Source of the DNA: Octopus vulgaris
Lineage: Eukaryota
Direction: 5' to 3'
Assembly (NCBI GenBank): GCA_951406725.2
Contig: OX597814.1
Location: forward strand, 79,980,001 to 80,044,000
DNA: 64,000 nucleotides
The notes beneath the pieces are model-generated. The model saw only the letters and a program-made list of their open reading frames with translations. It was not told the DNA's origin and ran no database searches. Shown one piece after another: positions 1 through 13,754 of this stretch. The stretch's first letter is position 1, and every line of letters begins with the position of its first letter. The position numbers and the translations under genes are program-made.

Positions 1-351
1 AGTACGATGAAACCCATGACTTCGCGATTGCGAAGCGACGTATTTAGGCATTCAACCAGCTGTGTAGTTGCTGTTGTTGTTGTTGTTGTTGTTCGTGGTG
101 GTTTTGGTTGGCGGGGGTGCGGTGGTGGTAACGGCGGTGATAGCAACGGCGGTGACGGCAATGGTACCAGTGCCGGCGGCGGCAGCGGCAGTGCTGAGGT
201 TGAAGTAGTAGTAGTTGTTGTAGTTGCTGTTACTGTTATTACTGTTGAAGACGGCAATGATGTTTAGCCCCAGATCAGCACCTGATGGAGTAAGCCAATT
301 CTTAAAGGCTGAATCCGTTTCTCTCTCCCTCTCTTTCTGTCTGTCTGTCTG

Positions 352-386
<35 letters not shown>

Positions 387-1437
387 GTGTGATGGGAAAG
401 AGAATTTGTAGATATTTGTAAGATTATAAGTAAGATAATTGATAAGAAACCGAAGTGCAATAGTGAAGGCGAAAGACGTCAGCCATTCACAAGTGTTTGC
501 TCTTTTTAAAGCGCAATAATCAAATTATATACTGTCAAGTCGGTGTTTCTGATTCCGGCTCTCCGAAACCCTTGCGTCTTCTCAATAAATGTTGGTCAGT
601 AAGTCATTTAGACCTTTTCCTGTTTAATTCTGTATTCGGAATTTTCTTATAAATGGGTGGCATTTCCTTCAGATCGGAACACCATGGTATCTATAAACAC
701 GTTCTCAGTTAAGACGAATTTTCTTGAGCACGTTTTTCACAACCATCGAAGCGCGAAGCACTCCTCATGACCGCAGGTTCGTGAGATGCTTGTGATCTGT
801 AAAGAGTTTTGCGTAGGAACCGGAAAGAGAAGTAGGGACACGTAATGCGTGTGTGCACACTGGATTCGTAAAACGGGAGAGACCAATAAAAACGGGAGAG
901 ACCAATGCGCATGTCAAACAAGTTATATAATGGTCTGCATGCCACGTCTGACACCACTGTCACGCATATTTGCTGCAATTTTCTTATTTAACGTCTTATG
1001 AAGTTAACAAGGCGGAAACACTTTTCAAAGATAGTTTATGATTAAATTTAATGAGACAGAAAGAAAAAGATGGATTGAGTTAAACAAAAGATTTTATTTT
1101 AGGAGATTTTTGAGGCAAGGATTGTATTTCGAAAGCTCCCGATGACTATAACGGTAAGGAAACGCTGGTAGGATTTCAGGAATGGTTACAATATATTTAA
1201 TCGTGATACTTAAAATTGCTTTTCTTAAAAGCGCCTTAAACAATTAAAAATTGTGTTCTAGAAATTTCTGCCGGTAAGCTAACAAGGAAATTTGTAACCG
1301 ATCACTTGATCTGCTAGAAGTAGCAGTCTAGATCAAATCGGATTCAGATTCCATCATACCAAAAGAAGTCACAGAATGGATAATGAAGTCTTTCATACAC
1401 TGTGCTTAAAAATAGAATTTATCTACATATACATACA

Positions 1438-1470
<33 letters not shown>

Positions 1471-1800
1471 GCATGCGCGTGTGTTTGTGTGTGTGCGTGT
1501 GTGTGTGTAAAATAGCAAATAAGGGTATCTTAAATAATATACACGATGAATATTTGATTTAATGAAATCATCTCCGCTTTTAGAGAAGCTTAATCAATGC
1601 CTCTTAGTATTTGGTACTCCTTCCAAAGGAGAAGGTGAGATAAGCGTGAGGATGAAGAATTCTCTTAAACTAGCATGACATTAGGGATTTAAAAAAAACA
1701 GTCTGATTTAGAGGCTTCCACGCAAATTTCATATACCTAGGTACCAGTGGCATAAAGCGTAGAACGAAATAGATTATATGTAGACATGCGAGCGCGTGTG

Positions 1801-1851
<51 letters not shown>

Positions 1852-2599
1852 TGTAGGTTTTTCCTAATATATATGTAGAAACAATATGTAGAAACTATAT
1901 ATTGTTTCTACATATATATTAGGAAAAACCTACAAACTTTGTTCTCATGTTATTGTATTGCATAAGATTACCTTGATTATTTATATTACCTTGATTATTT
2001 ATAAATGACCCAAAATAGGATGTTATATTTTATTTTATATGTCTTTCGTATATATTTTTATTAATGCACCCATTTTTTAAAAGCAATGTTTTTTTAAAAA
2101 AAGCAATGTTGTCAAATTTAGAATGTTTATATAAGTTTATGTATAGCAAAGCATATGTATTTGTAAGCATGCGTATCTGTGTATGTGTAAGTGAAAGTAT
2201 GCTTGTGCTTAAGCACGCATACACACGACGGTATGTATATGTATCAATTCAAACTTGTGTATGTATACTGGCCTCTATAGATGTCAATAATATCGCTACA
2301 AGTTTTCCCCACCCCTCCTTCGTTCCTTTTTCTCTCTTTCCCTTTCTTTCGTTCCCCCTCCTTGCTCAGTATATGAGAATTGCTACATAGATGAATTTTA
2401 GCTTGCGTGCGAGACGGTTTGCGTGAATATATGTACACATGATTTTATGTGTATAATTTAGATTCGTATTCATACGTCTGTATATGTATGTATGGCGTTT
2501 ACGCGCATCCTTTTGTGTATGTTGATATATATATGTGGATTTTAATATAAATATGTATTGCAGTATTTATAACAGGTTTAATTTCTATGCATTAATTTG

Positions 2600-3320
<721 letters not shown>

Positions 3321-3535
3321 TACATACATACATACATACATACATACATACATACATACATACATACATACATACATACATACATACATTCATACATACA
3401 TACATACATTCATACATACATATACACGCATGCGTGTATGAAAGACTTCATTACCCATTCAATGACTTCTTTTGGTAATATGGAATCTGAATGCGACTTG
3501 ATCTAGACTGCTACTTCTAGCAGATAGATAGATAT

Positions 3536-3594
<59 letters not shown>

Positions 3595-3648
3595 CATGCA
3601 TGCATGCATGCATACATACATACATACAAACATTCATACATACATACA

Positions 3649-3683
<35 letters not shown>

Positions 3684-3689
3684 CATTGA

Positions 3690-3900
3690 AAATGTGATCG
3701 CGTGTGTACCGTTTGCGATTTTTTTTCCTCTGTCTTCCCTTCTCTGGATCTTTCTTTCTCCTATGTTTCCGACGAAGAGCTCCGCTCGAAACGTTAAACC
3801 CTCTTTCTTTCCTTCTTTCCTGAGCGTCCAATAATACTATATTTGTTCCACGTCCTCGCGTTGTTGTGTTTTTTTGTGCTTTCATGTTTGGATTAACTTT
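3690..3900 (+). mobile_element. Microsatellite-flanked short repeat with hammerhead motif (Penelope-like terminus)
   Basis: gttt-CCGACGA-a-gagc tcc gctc-GAAA-cg-TT-aaac at 3765-3799, flanked by (TACA)n/(TA)n. A diverged relative lies at 42290-42455. Confidence 0.6.
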
Positions 3901-3989
3901 ATATATATACATACATATGCATACATACATACATACATACATACATACATACACACAAACACACACACAAATTCACGCACTTATATGCC

Positions 3990-4380
3990 AACTGCGAAGC
4001 ATCTCTGATATTATGGTCTCTTGAATTTTATCTTTTATGTTCTTACCTCAATGCTTTCACTCCATACACGACAGCGCAATTTGTTTCGTCTATTGTTAGT
4101 CGAAAGATACTTGATGTTATTTTCTTGTTCTCCGTTATTTTTTGTTTTTGTTTTCTCCCCCAAAATTTAACTCTCTTAGCTTCGATTTTTTCGGGGCAGC
4201 CAGATTTGGACAGTCTCAAGTGTAACAGCCTAAAACTCTAAGGATAATTTGGTAACTTGACTAATGAGAGGAACTTGCGAATGACCTGTCCTTTTCTTTT
4301 TCCTGTCCGTCTTCGCATCGTCTATCTGTCCGGATGTTTTATTGTCATCTGTTGCGTCTTGTTCCATTTTGGGTATTTAC
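3990..4380 (+). mobile_element. (TA)n-associated non-coding repeat family D, diverged copy
   Basis: Aligns by eye with 21495-21955, 27731-27860 and 63490-63657(-): ttagtcgaaaga, gccagatt, cagcc, ataat..gga/aact.ga, gaatgacc.gtcc, tatctatctggatgtttt. Ends at TA repeats. Confidence 0.6.
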
Positions 4381-4425
4381 ATATACATATAGCAGTGTAC
4401 GTACATTTTGCTCACTCTATGTATG

Positions 4426-4467
<42 letters not shown>

Positions 4468-4478
4468 TACATACATAC

Positions 4479-4543
<65 letters not shown>

Positions 4544-4583
4544 AACACACACATATGTGTATGTATATATGGATGTATGCTTT

Positions 4584-4683
<100 letters not shown>

Positions 4684-5507
4684 GTGTATATTTTGTGTAT
4701 GTTACACACTAGCACAGATGTCTTGTTAAAACTTGAAACACGCTTTACTTAGATCCGATATAAGTAGAAATAAGTAAAATAAAGCTAATTTTATTTCGTG
4801 AAAAACGAAAAAAAATAATAACTAAGTAAGTAAATAAAATAAACCAAAATTTTAATTAAGAAGAAATCTATACACTTAAATATGTTCTAAGTGTCATTTT
4901 AGTCCTTAGGGTAAAAGATAAGAAAAAATATACAGTAGTGAAAAAAAAACTTAATAACAAAGGGAAGCCATTGAAACATTACAAAAAAACAAGTCAAGGA
5001 AATTCAAAAGAAAAGATAAGTGTAAAGGGTTTCGCCCAAATGAATACCTGTGAGTGTACCTAGCAATCATTTTAAGTACTTTTTACAAGGTATTAGAGGT
5101 TTTGATAATAGATAGCCAGTCACCTTTGAACAATGAAGCAACACTTAACTGCACGGTTGTCCTACTATCCGCCATGTTTTGCCTCCTACTGACCTCTCAA
5201 TGGCCATAATTTATTTTATTCTGATAATTTATTTATTTATTTGCTGGATTTATCGCATCGTTGTATGTGCAAGTAGTGTTCAGTGAACGTGTGGGCAGTA
5301 TATGTGTTGTGTGTGTGTGTGTGAGAGAGAGAGAGCGCGTACTTCAACCCCTTATGTCTAGGTATTGTGTGCTTGTATATGCTATGAGAGGGTGGGGTAC
5401 GCGAGAAAAGGTCGAGGATACTTTGCTAGCATTGTGTGAGGGATAGTTTGTTAGCATTGTGTGGGAACTGCGTGCAAAGTACGACAGCGGGTATCCTGTG
5501 CATGCAA

Positions 5508-5545
<38 letters not shown>

Positions 5546-5921
5546 TTTTTCTAAGTAATGTATGTAGATGCTGAAGTATATGTGGGGTGGAAATAGGGAG
5601 TCTGTATAGGTATTGTCTGGGTAGTATTATGGGTATTGTATAGTGATTTTGTAGGTGTTGGGTGCGCGTTTTACATGAACCGGTCAATTCATAACTAATA
5701 TTATTATTCTCTATATTTGATGTACGACTTATAAGTTACTTCACCCGTCTATTTATACATAGAAACATAGATATACATACATAGTCACAGACACACACAC
5801 ACACGCGCGCGTATATACTGTATAAATTATGAACATATCTGTCAATGCATATATAATTACATGTGTAGCCATATGTACTTCTGCATGTATGCGTGCTATA
5901 TATATATATATATATATACAC

Positions 5922-5976
<55 letters not shown>

Positions 5977-6073
5977 TGTGCGTGTGTGTGTATACATATA
6001 TATGCATATATAAATACATACATGTACATACACAGAGACAGGCATGCACGTGCACACACACATACACCCACAC

Positions 6074-6123
<50 letters not shown>

Positions 6124-6145
6124 CCAGAGAGATAGATAGATATAT

Positions 6146-6360
6146 ACATACATGCATACATACATACATACATACATACATAAATACATACATAGATACA
6201 TACATACATACATACATAAATACATACATAGATACATAAATACATACATACATGCATACATACATACATACATACATACATAAATACATACATACATACA
6301 TACATACATACATACATACATACATACATACATACATACATACATACATACATACATACA
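6146..6360. repeat. (TACA)n tetranucleotide array
   Basis: Long TACA run, the source of the MYVC/IHTY ORFs. Confidence 0.95.
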
Positions 6361-6416
6361 CGTATATTGATGAGGTACATCGATTGATTTATTGATCTAT
6401 TGATAAGAGAAGGAAA

Positions 6417-7147
6417 CATCTCCTGATACCTGATCAAAAGCGCGCCAGGCTGATCACATCAGGGGGAAATCTAACATTGTTTGATGCTGTTCCAGCCGAT
6501 TTCCTTGGACGTTTCCTAATTCAGGATGCATATTGGATTCATCACTTTAAGAAAGAGACAATCCATACAGTGGAAACACCCCTCCTCCCCTACTCAAAAG
6601 AAGGCCAAGGTCGTTTCTACTGCGAGGAAGGAGATGATCTTAGTTGTTAGGGATGCAAAAGGCATTGTGTCTATTGACTATCTCCGAAAGAGTCACACTA
6701 TCAATGGAGAGTACTAAGCCAAATTAGTGAGGCAGCTACGAAAGAATAAGACCAAATGCCCAGGAAATCTAACAAAACGAGTCTTGTTTCATCAGGACAA
6801 TGCCGCAGCACATATGTCCTTCGTTTCAATGGCTGCTGTGTATGACTATGTCTTTGGACTGGCTAATCCCCGTCCCTTTTCTTCTGATTTGGCCCCTACT
6901 GATTTATCATCTGTTCCCCAACATGACAAAAAAGACTTGGCTAGGAACCAGTATCGCAGTGATGATGACGTCATATCTGCTGTTGACATTTTTACCAACA
7001 AGATGAAAGCTTCTTTACCAATGGGATATAAGCATTGTAACACCGATGGAAGAAGTGTGTGAACCGCAAGAAGGCTATATTAAAAAATAAACCTCATTCA
7101 ATCACATTTTATTAGTCAACCTATGAACTTTTTGGCCAAATCTCGTA
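6417..7147 (+). mobile_element. Decayed mariner (DD34D) transposase, 3' part with degenerate right TIR
   Basis: Translates to LLIPDQKRARL...FLGRFLIQDAYWIHHF, RQSIQWKHPSSPTQKKAK, GIVSIDYLRKSHTINGEY, VLFHQDNAAAH, PFSSDLAPTD, matching mariner motifs (TGDETW, HDNA, YSPDLAP.D). Has stops and frameshifts; ends gaactttttggccaaatctcgta. Confidence 0.9.
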
Positions 7148-7991
7148 GTGGTCGTAGTGTCGTGTGCCAGGAAACACCTGACAAGATTATTGTATGTACG
7201 TTTTCACTACATATGGGAAGGACAGGTTTCGTTGGCCAGGAGATTAATCTACAAGCATCTCTCATTAGACGATTATCTCAAATTGATGAGGATGATGATA
7301 CGGAGACTCGTGTTTTTGATGAGCTGCAATCATGGATCGAGTGCAGATCGAAATTGGGCTTTTGGCAACTAAAACATTGTCGGTGCTCACTGCTCTGTCA
7401 GGTGGTAAATACAGTAGGCAGAAAGTTACCTCTCGTTTTCTATAGAATGATATATGACCCATGTTTCCTATACAGTCTACATAATCTACAGTAATTCTTT
7501 TTCGAGCTATCAAAATCACTTGACTGACTAGATAGAGAAATCACATCGCTCTCATATCACATCCTACTGGCTTAAAATGGTAGGCCTTGGTGTTTTTAGA
7601 GAAATTTTGCCAGAGGAATTTTCTTTGGTGATGGTAATTAGATCACATCTCCAATCTCCTTTTACACCATAACATTAGCTTCTTTAATATCTGGAACTTT
7701 ATAGGTAAGCAAATTTTGCAGTTTCATAAACTATTGAACCATGTAGTACATTTATCGATGATGATACTTATAAGTGTCAGGCGCTCCGTTCTTGATCTCT
7801 GGATTTCCAGACAAGATGAGATAAATCACAGCCAACTAAGAAAACGCATACATTTGGCAATTTAATCATTGATATACAACTTAGTCGAGTTGGTCAGATA
7901 GGAGATATTTTTACCATAAATCTGCTTTGTGAGAGTTGGACTGGGTTGAAAAACAATAACACATACCACTCGCATTGTTTTATTTTTCTCT

Positions 7992-8199
7992 AAAGTTAGT
8001 AAGCTGGCAGAATCTTTAGCACGCTGGGCAAAATGCTTATCGGCATTTCGTCCGTCCATATGTTCTGAGTTCAAATTACGCCAAATCGACTTTGCTTTTC
8101 ATCTTTTCGTATGAAATAAGTACCTGTTAAACACTAGGGACAATGAAATCGATTTAGACCCTACTCGAGCTTGCTGGTCTTGTGCCAAAATTTGAAACC
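7992..8199 (+). mobile_element. tRNA-derived SINE family B
   Basis: agctggcagaatc..ttagcacgctgggc...gagttcaaat (A/B boxes) ... ttgtgccaaaatttgaaacc; multiple copies in the window. Confidence 0.85.
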
Positions 8200-8351
8200 C
8201 TTATCTTATTCCTCTCTATAACCATGATGTCACTATTTCTAAAATGGAAAACTCATCATCACCACTATGATGCAACATTGTCGCCGTAAGCACAAATTTG
8301 ATCATATGTCTGCAAGATCCGGGTTGACATGGACTAGACAACAACTATAAC

Positions 8352-8550
8352 GTTGTTGCTTGTACCCATATCAACCCTAGTCGAGTATATCTATGATGGA
8401 AGGCATTACATCCATGACCATCCAATCCTTTCTCTGAAATAGTAACTCAAGCATTACAGAATCCATGTTACGCCTCCTTTTCTATTTTGAAAAGGTTGTT
8501 TTATGAAAGATTTCTAGCAAGCTGCGCGAAGCACAAATACTCCATTGCTT
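8352..8550 (+). repeat. Interspersed repeat family C (degenerate)
   Basis: Shared motifs ctatgat..aaggcatt..a.ccatgaccatcc...atcca.tgt...tatttctagca. Other copies at about 9455-9665, 36795-36930, 46745-48178 and on the minus strand at 1295-1410, 7520-7580, 50505-50570. Confidence 0.55.
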
Positions 8551-9718
8551 TTATTAGGAATGCTCCAAAATATCATCGTACAGGTTCTCCATAAACATTG
8601 GGCGCGATGTTGCATCTGTCCATACTAACGCATATAAACGATTACATAAAATATAGTTTAGACTCCATCAATATGGAAATAACTAACTATCAAACGTTCG
8701 CTAAATGTATGCGCTGTATTGATTAACGGTAGATCTCACATCTCTTCCTCGACAAGCTCCACTCGCTCACTGTATCACTCCATCCTAACATAAAACACGT
8801 ATGTGTGGATGTATGTATGTACGTACGTATGCATGTATGTAAGCATCTATGTATTTATGACAAAATGTAGTATTCCAATATACACCACATTTATCTTACT
8901 AATATATAAACACAGATATCTACCTCTTTCTCATACATACATAAATATATATATATGTATATACATACATACATTCATATATATGTATACATATATATAT
9001 ATATACATACATACATACATATATATATATATACACACGCACATGCACATACATACACACATATGTACATATATGCATGTATGTATGCATGTATGTATTT
9101 TGTATGTATGTATGATTGTATGTATGCATGTATGTTTGTGTGCAGTATTCATATTTAATAGTAGAAAGCAAAATCAATAGGTTTAAATCAATATCGATAA
9201 AAATATCGGCGATGGCTCTCTTCTCGGTCATTAACAGCATCGAATGAGCAAATAATTTCAGAACTGATAGACGAATATATAATACCATAATTATATATTA
9301 TATTAGACTGTTTTACTACTACATAGTGTGCATTTCTACGTCATATATCATTGAGAGCTCAATTTTTTTACAATATATTTATTACCCAACTTAGGAGCAA
9401 TTCGCAAACGTTTCCCAAATGGTTTTATATTTTTGCAGTTATGGTTATTTTTGGTGTTATTGCTGTTTAACTCTTGATCGTATCATACCTGACTGAGAAG
9501 ACCTATGGTCATAAACATTTCAATGACCACTTTCACTTTGCTGTTTTGGTCATAACGTATGCAGAGCCACATTGAGCATCTCTACCGAGACAGCTCCTTG
9601 GCTCAGGGGGATTTAGTTTCAATTACTAACAGGTTAAATGACCACATATGGACTTCACTGTTGGCTCATTATAACTCTTATTCTTATTGTTGTTGATTAT
9701 TCCGTATCAAGTAGACAT

Positions 9719-9767
9719 ATTCCTGGCTTTCACCCAGGCGGCCCGGGTTCGACTCCCGGCATGGGAA
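9719..9767 (+). pseudogene. 5'-truncated tRNA-Glu(TTC) copy
   Basis: attcctggcTTTCAcccaggcggcccgggTTCGActcccggcatgggaa gives the anticodon arm (cctgg/ccagg, TTC), T arm (ccggg/cccgg) and 3' acceptor strand of metazoan tRNA-Glu-TTC. The 5' acceptor strand and D arm are absent. Confidence 0.88.
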
Positions 9768-9778
9768 CACTATGTTTA

Positions 9779-9838
9779 ATGGCGGTGCCCCAGCATGGTC
9801 ACAGCTCAAGAGCTGAAACTGGAAAACATAAACATAAT
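9779..9838 (+). mobile_element. Retroposon 3' tail (RTE-type LINE/SINE tail)
   Basis: atggcggtgccccagcatggtcacagctcaagagctgaaact plus a short tandem tail; the same tail occurs on the minus strand at 19912-19977 and resembles the 3' end of SINE family A. Confidence 0.7.
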
Positions 9839-10089
9839 ATAAAGACTAGGCTCTGTCATCATCCTTTTTGCTTTGTCTTTTCCACTCGTCTTTCATATTT
9901 CAAGATAGCAGAATCGTTGTTGATGCTTTTGTTTTTACTGTCGATTATTTTGCTGTCCATCTGTCGTAAAACCGTGATGTCTGAAACGAGTACAGTTAAT
10001 CCAGTGATGAATTATTGTTTTATTGTTAGGAAGTTTTGCTCAAGAAAAAAATTTCAGCTAGGTTAATTCTACATTTAAAACATAACAAA

Positions 10090-11460
10090 TAAACTCCTTT
10101 ACACTGCTTAAAAGAATGTGCTATTGTGCTAGCTCTTCGCATGGATATTGTCTATGGCTCTGCAAAAGCTGTACTAGAAGTCATTGAGGAGAAAGGCGGG
10201 GTTCAGAGAGTGGTGAGTTTGATACCGTTAAAGTATTCCATTTAAGCAGTCACAGATGCACACTTACAAAAATAGACATGGGCAACATGAGGAAGGAATA
10301 TGTTTAATGGTCAGTGCGGAGTAAAATGAGACTGGGCGCAACAAGTTTGATGAGAAGTAGAAACGAGTGAATTGCGGGTCCCTGAGCTGTGGAGGAACAA
10401 AGAGCAGTCTGCTCCAAAGAACAGATACCGTTATAGTACTGACAGACAAAGAGAGGAGACAGCACAGCTATTGGCCAGAGGCCGGAGCGTGTCTGCTATT
10501 GATTGAATGCCAGCCAGTCGAGTGGTTCTTCTGTTAATGTAATCCACGGTATATGTGTTCTTAACAATATCACCGTCCCAGATGCGATAACATTACTCCA
10601 TTGTGACATCATTTGAGTATTTGTAGTGTGTCAGCATCGGTTGGTGAATGTAATATTTTTAGCTTTTGGGAGGTCCAGCATTTGGAGAGGCTGTGAGGGG
10701 TTGAGCTAAATGTCACTCAAATTTAGAGGATGCGATGGTGTTTTGCTGAATTAAGAACTGTTTGATTTTTGTTTTTATTATTTTTTGCTGTTAAAAGTGA
10801 CAAGATGGGCCTGATCCAACTGAAGGATCCTCTCAAAGTCTCTGTTTATGAAATCAATGCAGGTTTCATGTGGTAGCTAAGTTGCGTGTGCTTGACGAAA
10901 GTTATGGCGGCATAGGAGTGATTGTTGCTAGATGTGGCGGCAAATCATTGATCTATGGACAGAAGAGAGTAGTGGACGAAGCCGAACCTTGGATGGCAGC
11001 AGGACTGAAAGGGCGTAGGGCAGAAAGAGCTCCAACATAGGCCGTAATAGTCCAATCTCATAGGAAGCTTCCGAGTTAAGAAATGAGAGATGGGTGGAGC
11101 CTTAGACGGGAAGATTTCATCGGAAATTTGCTTGTTATTATGGTCGAATGCTTTGCTAACACTTTGTTAATGTACAGCAACAACATTGCTTTCTCCGAAG
11201 TTCCCAAAAGTTAGAGCCTACTGGTGAGTGACATAAGGTTGCCAATGAATGTGACTCTGCGGAAGCTGCACTGGCAGTTACTAAGAAGAGAGGTGATAAA
11301 AGTATAAGAGAATGTCGTTAATAGCTGTTTCCATTACCTTAGAAATGTTAGAAATGTTAAAAGTGAGATGGGAATATTATTGACTGAATCAGTGGTTCTG
11401 AACCATTGTTTGCCTATTGATTCCTATTTTAGTCCCCTGGACCTCCATGGTCATTCGATG
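10090..11460 (-). mobile_element. Decayed LINE reverse transcriptase (CR1/Jockey-group-like)
   Basis: The minus strand gives LLSNCQCSFRR (cf. LLSD.QYGFR) near 11260-11290 and VSKAFDH (D.SKAFD) near 11143-11162; many stops and frameshifts. Confidence 0.65.
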
Positions 11461-11654
11461 TCTGTAGAAAAAAGTCTTACTCTGTTTTTATAAATAAATA
11501 TTATTAGGAATTGTATTAAAAATATTAAAATGTTTTGTCTTGTAGAAGTGTAAGCCATTTCTGGCACATAATTTTTAACGATGAAATCTTATATGGACCC
11601 CGGTGGAGAAATACTGGACTAAACTATGGTAAGTTTCCAACGCAAAGCAAAGAG

Positions 11655-11708
<54 letters not shown>

Positions 11709-11871
11709 GTGCGTGTGTATGTGTGTTTATGTGTGTGAGATATATATATATATGTGTGTGTATATATATATATATATGTATTTACACATATATATGGTGT
11801 AGTATATATATATATATATGTGTGTGTGTGTATATGTGTGTGTGTGTATGTATGTATGTATGTATGTATGT

Positions 11872-12398
11872 ATTACTCTTTACTCTCTTTTACTTGTTTC
11901 AGTCCTTTGACTGCGGCCATGCTGGAGCACCGCCTTTAATCGAGCAACTCGACCCAGGGACTTATTCTTTTTGTAAGCCCAGTACTTATTCTATCGGTCT
12001 CTTTTGCCGAACCGCTAAGTATCGGGGACCCAAACACACCAGCATCGGTTGTCAAGCAATGCTAGGGGGACAAACACAGACACACAAACATACACACATA
12101 TGTATATATACATATATACGACGGGCTTCTTTTCAGTTTCTGTCTACCAAATCCACTCACAATCCAGCTCTATAGAGAAGACTACTCTATGCATGATCTG
12201 AAGGAGGTTAGCTTTGTTGACTTCAAAAAGCTTGATTGCAAGATGTTTTGAAACTTACTACCCCTAACGTTCCTGACACTTTTGGTCGGCCCGAGACTAT
12301 AGCAGAAGACACTTGCCCAAGATGCCACGCAGTGGGACTGAACCCGGAACCATGTGGCTGGTTAGCAAGCTACTTACCACACAGCCACTCCTGCGCCT
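11872..12398 (-). mobile_element. tRNA-derived SINE family A (long form with internal microsatellite), interrupted by a 120-bp templated insertion
   Basis: Colinear with the full copy at 22005-22403 except for 12163-12280. Confidence 0.9.
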
Positions 12399-12906
12399 AT
12401 GTATGTATGTATGTATGTATGTATGTATGTACGTATGTATGTATGTATGTATGAATGAATGAATATATAATCCTCATCTAGACACATGCGTGATGCGTTT
12501 CAGTATGCCGCGCGAGTTATCTCTGCTCTCTATTAGGGATTTCATGCTTCTGCCAATGACATTCATCTCGTTGAATGGCCTCCCACCCATTTGGGTGGAA
12601 AGACCCGAAAATACAACATTTTACACTACCAGTTACAATCCCTTGAGAATCTTACAGTCAAAGTCAGTCTGTTTCTCAATACAAAAATAGAGTAAATTGA
12701 TGACCATCAGTCAGAATGGAAATTACATAGATGGCATATGACTCAAAAGTGTCAGGAACGTTAGGGGTAGTAAGTTTCAAAACATCTTGCAATCAAGCTT
12801 TTTGAAGTCAACAAAGCTAACCTCCTTCAGATCATGCATAGAGTAGTCTTCTCTATAGAGCTGAAATCTAGACTCTATATATGTTTGAAATACATACATA
12901 CATACA

Positions 12907-13010
12907 GTTCAGTCCCACTGCGTGGCACCTTGGTCAAGCGATTTCTACAATAGACCCGGGCTGACCAAAGCTTTATAAAAGAATTTGGTACAGAAATTTA
13001 GAGAAACCTG

Positions 13011-13080
<70 letters not shown>

Positions 13081-13175
13081 GACAGGCTATATATATCTAT
13101 GTATCTGCATCTTTGTGATTTTTTTTATCTCCCACCACTACTTGACAATAGGTATTTGTATACGTCCCGGTAACT
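12907..13175 (+). mobile_element. SINE family A fragment
   Basis: gttcagtcccactgcgtggcaccttgg...(TA)n...ccaccactacttgacaa. Confidence 0.75.
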
Positions 13176-13754
13176 CAGGGGGCGCATCAAAAAGACACTG
13201 ATGCCATATGCATATACATACATATGTTTAAATATGCATTTGTTTGTATGTGCATAATTTGTGTGTAAGTAACCTCATATATATATACACACACACATAC
13301 ATTTGTGCGTGTGTGTACAATATGTGTGTATGTAACGCCATATATATATATACACACACACACACACATTCTTACAATATATTTTCCCATCTAAACAAAA
13401 ATACACCCAACACAATTTATCCCACTAAACAAACACAAAACATTAGCATAAATAAACCTAAAGTGTCACATGGAACCTCCTCTAACTTGTAGTAACATGC
13501 ACAGAATAAATAATGTTAAAATTAGAAAAGCCCTGAAAAGCCCCATCACTGAAAGCTCAAATAATGAATGTACGTTCAATCCTCGCATAACTGACAACCA
13601 ATAACAGTTAACCACAGAAAATGAAAGCCCTGAAACATCCAACGCTAATAATATACCTATAACAATGAACCTACTGAACCTGCACACCAACAACATGTAT
13701 CCACAACCAATCATAACTGGAATGACAGGACAACCACTACAAACACTCAGCCAC

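Noticed and set aside
7-267. Gly/Val-rich 86-aa ORF
   Set aside because: Built from (GTT)n/(GGC)n/(GTA)n triplet runs next to a SINE-like head; no domain or splice evidence.
9700-9770. Intact tRNA-Glu gene
   Set aside because: The 5' acceptor strand and D arm (A box) are missing, so it is called a pseudogene fragment.
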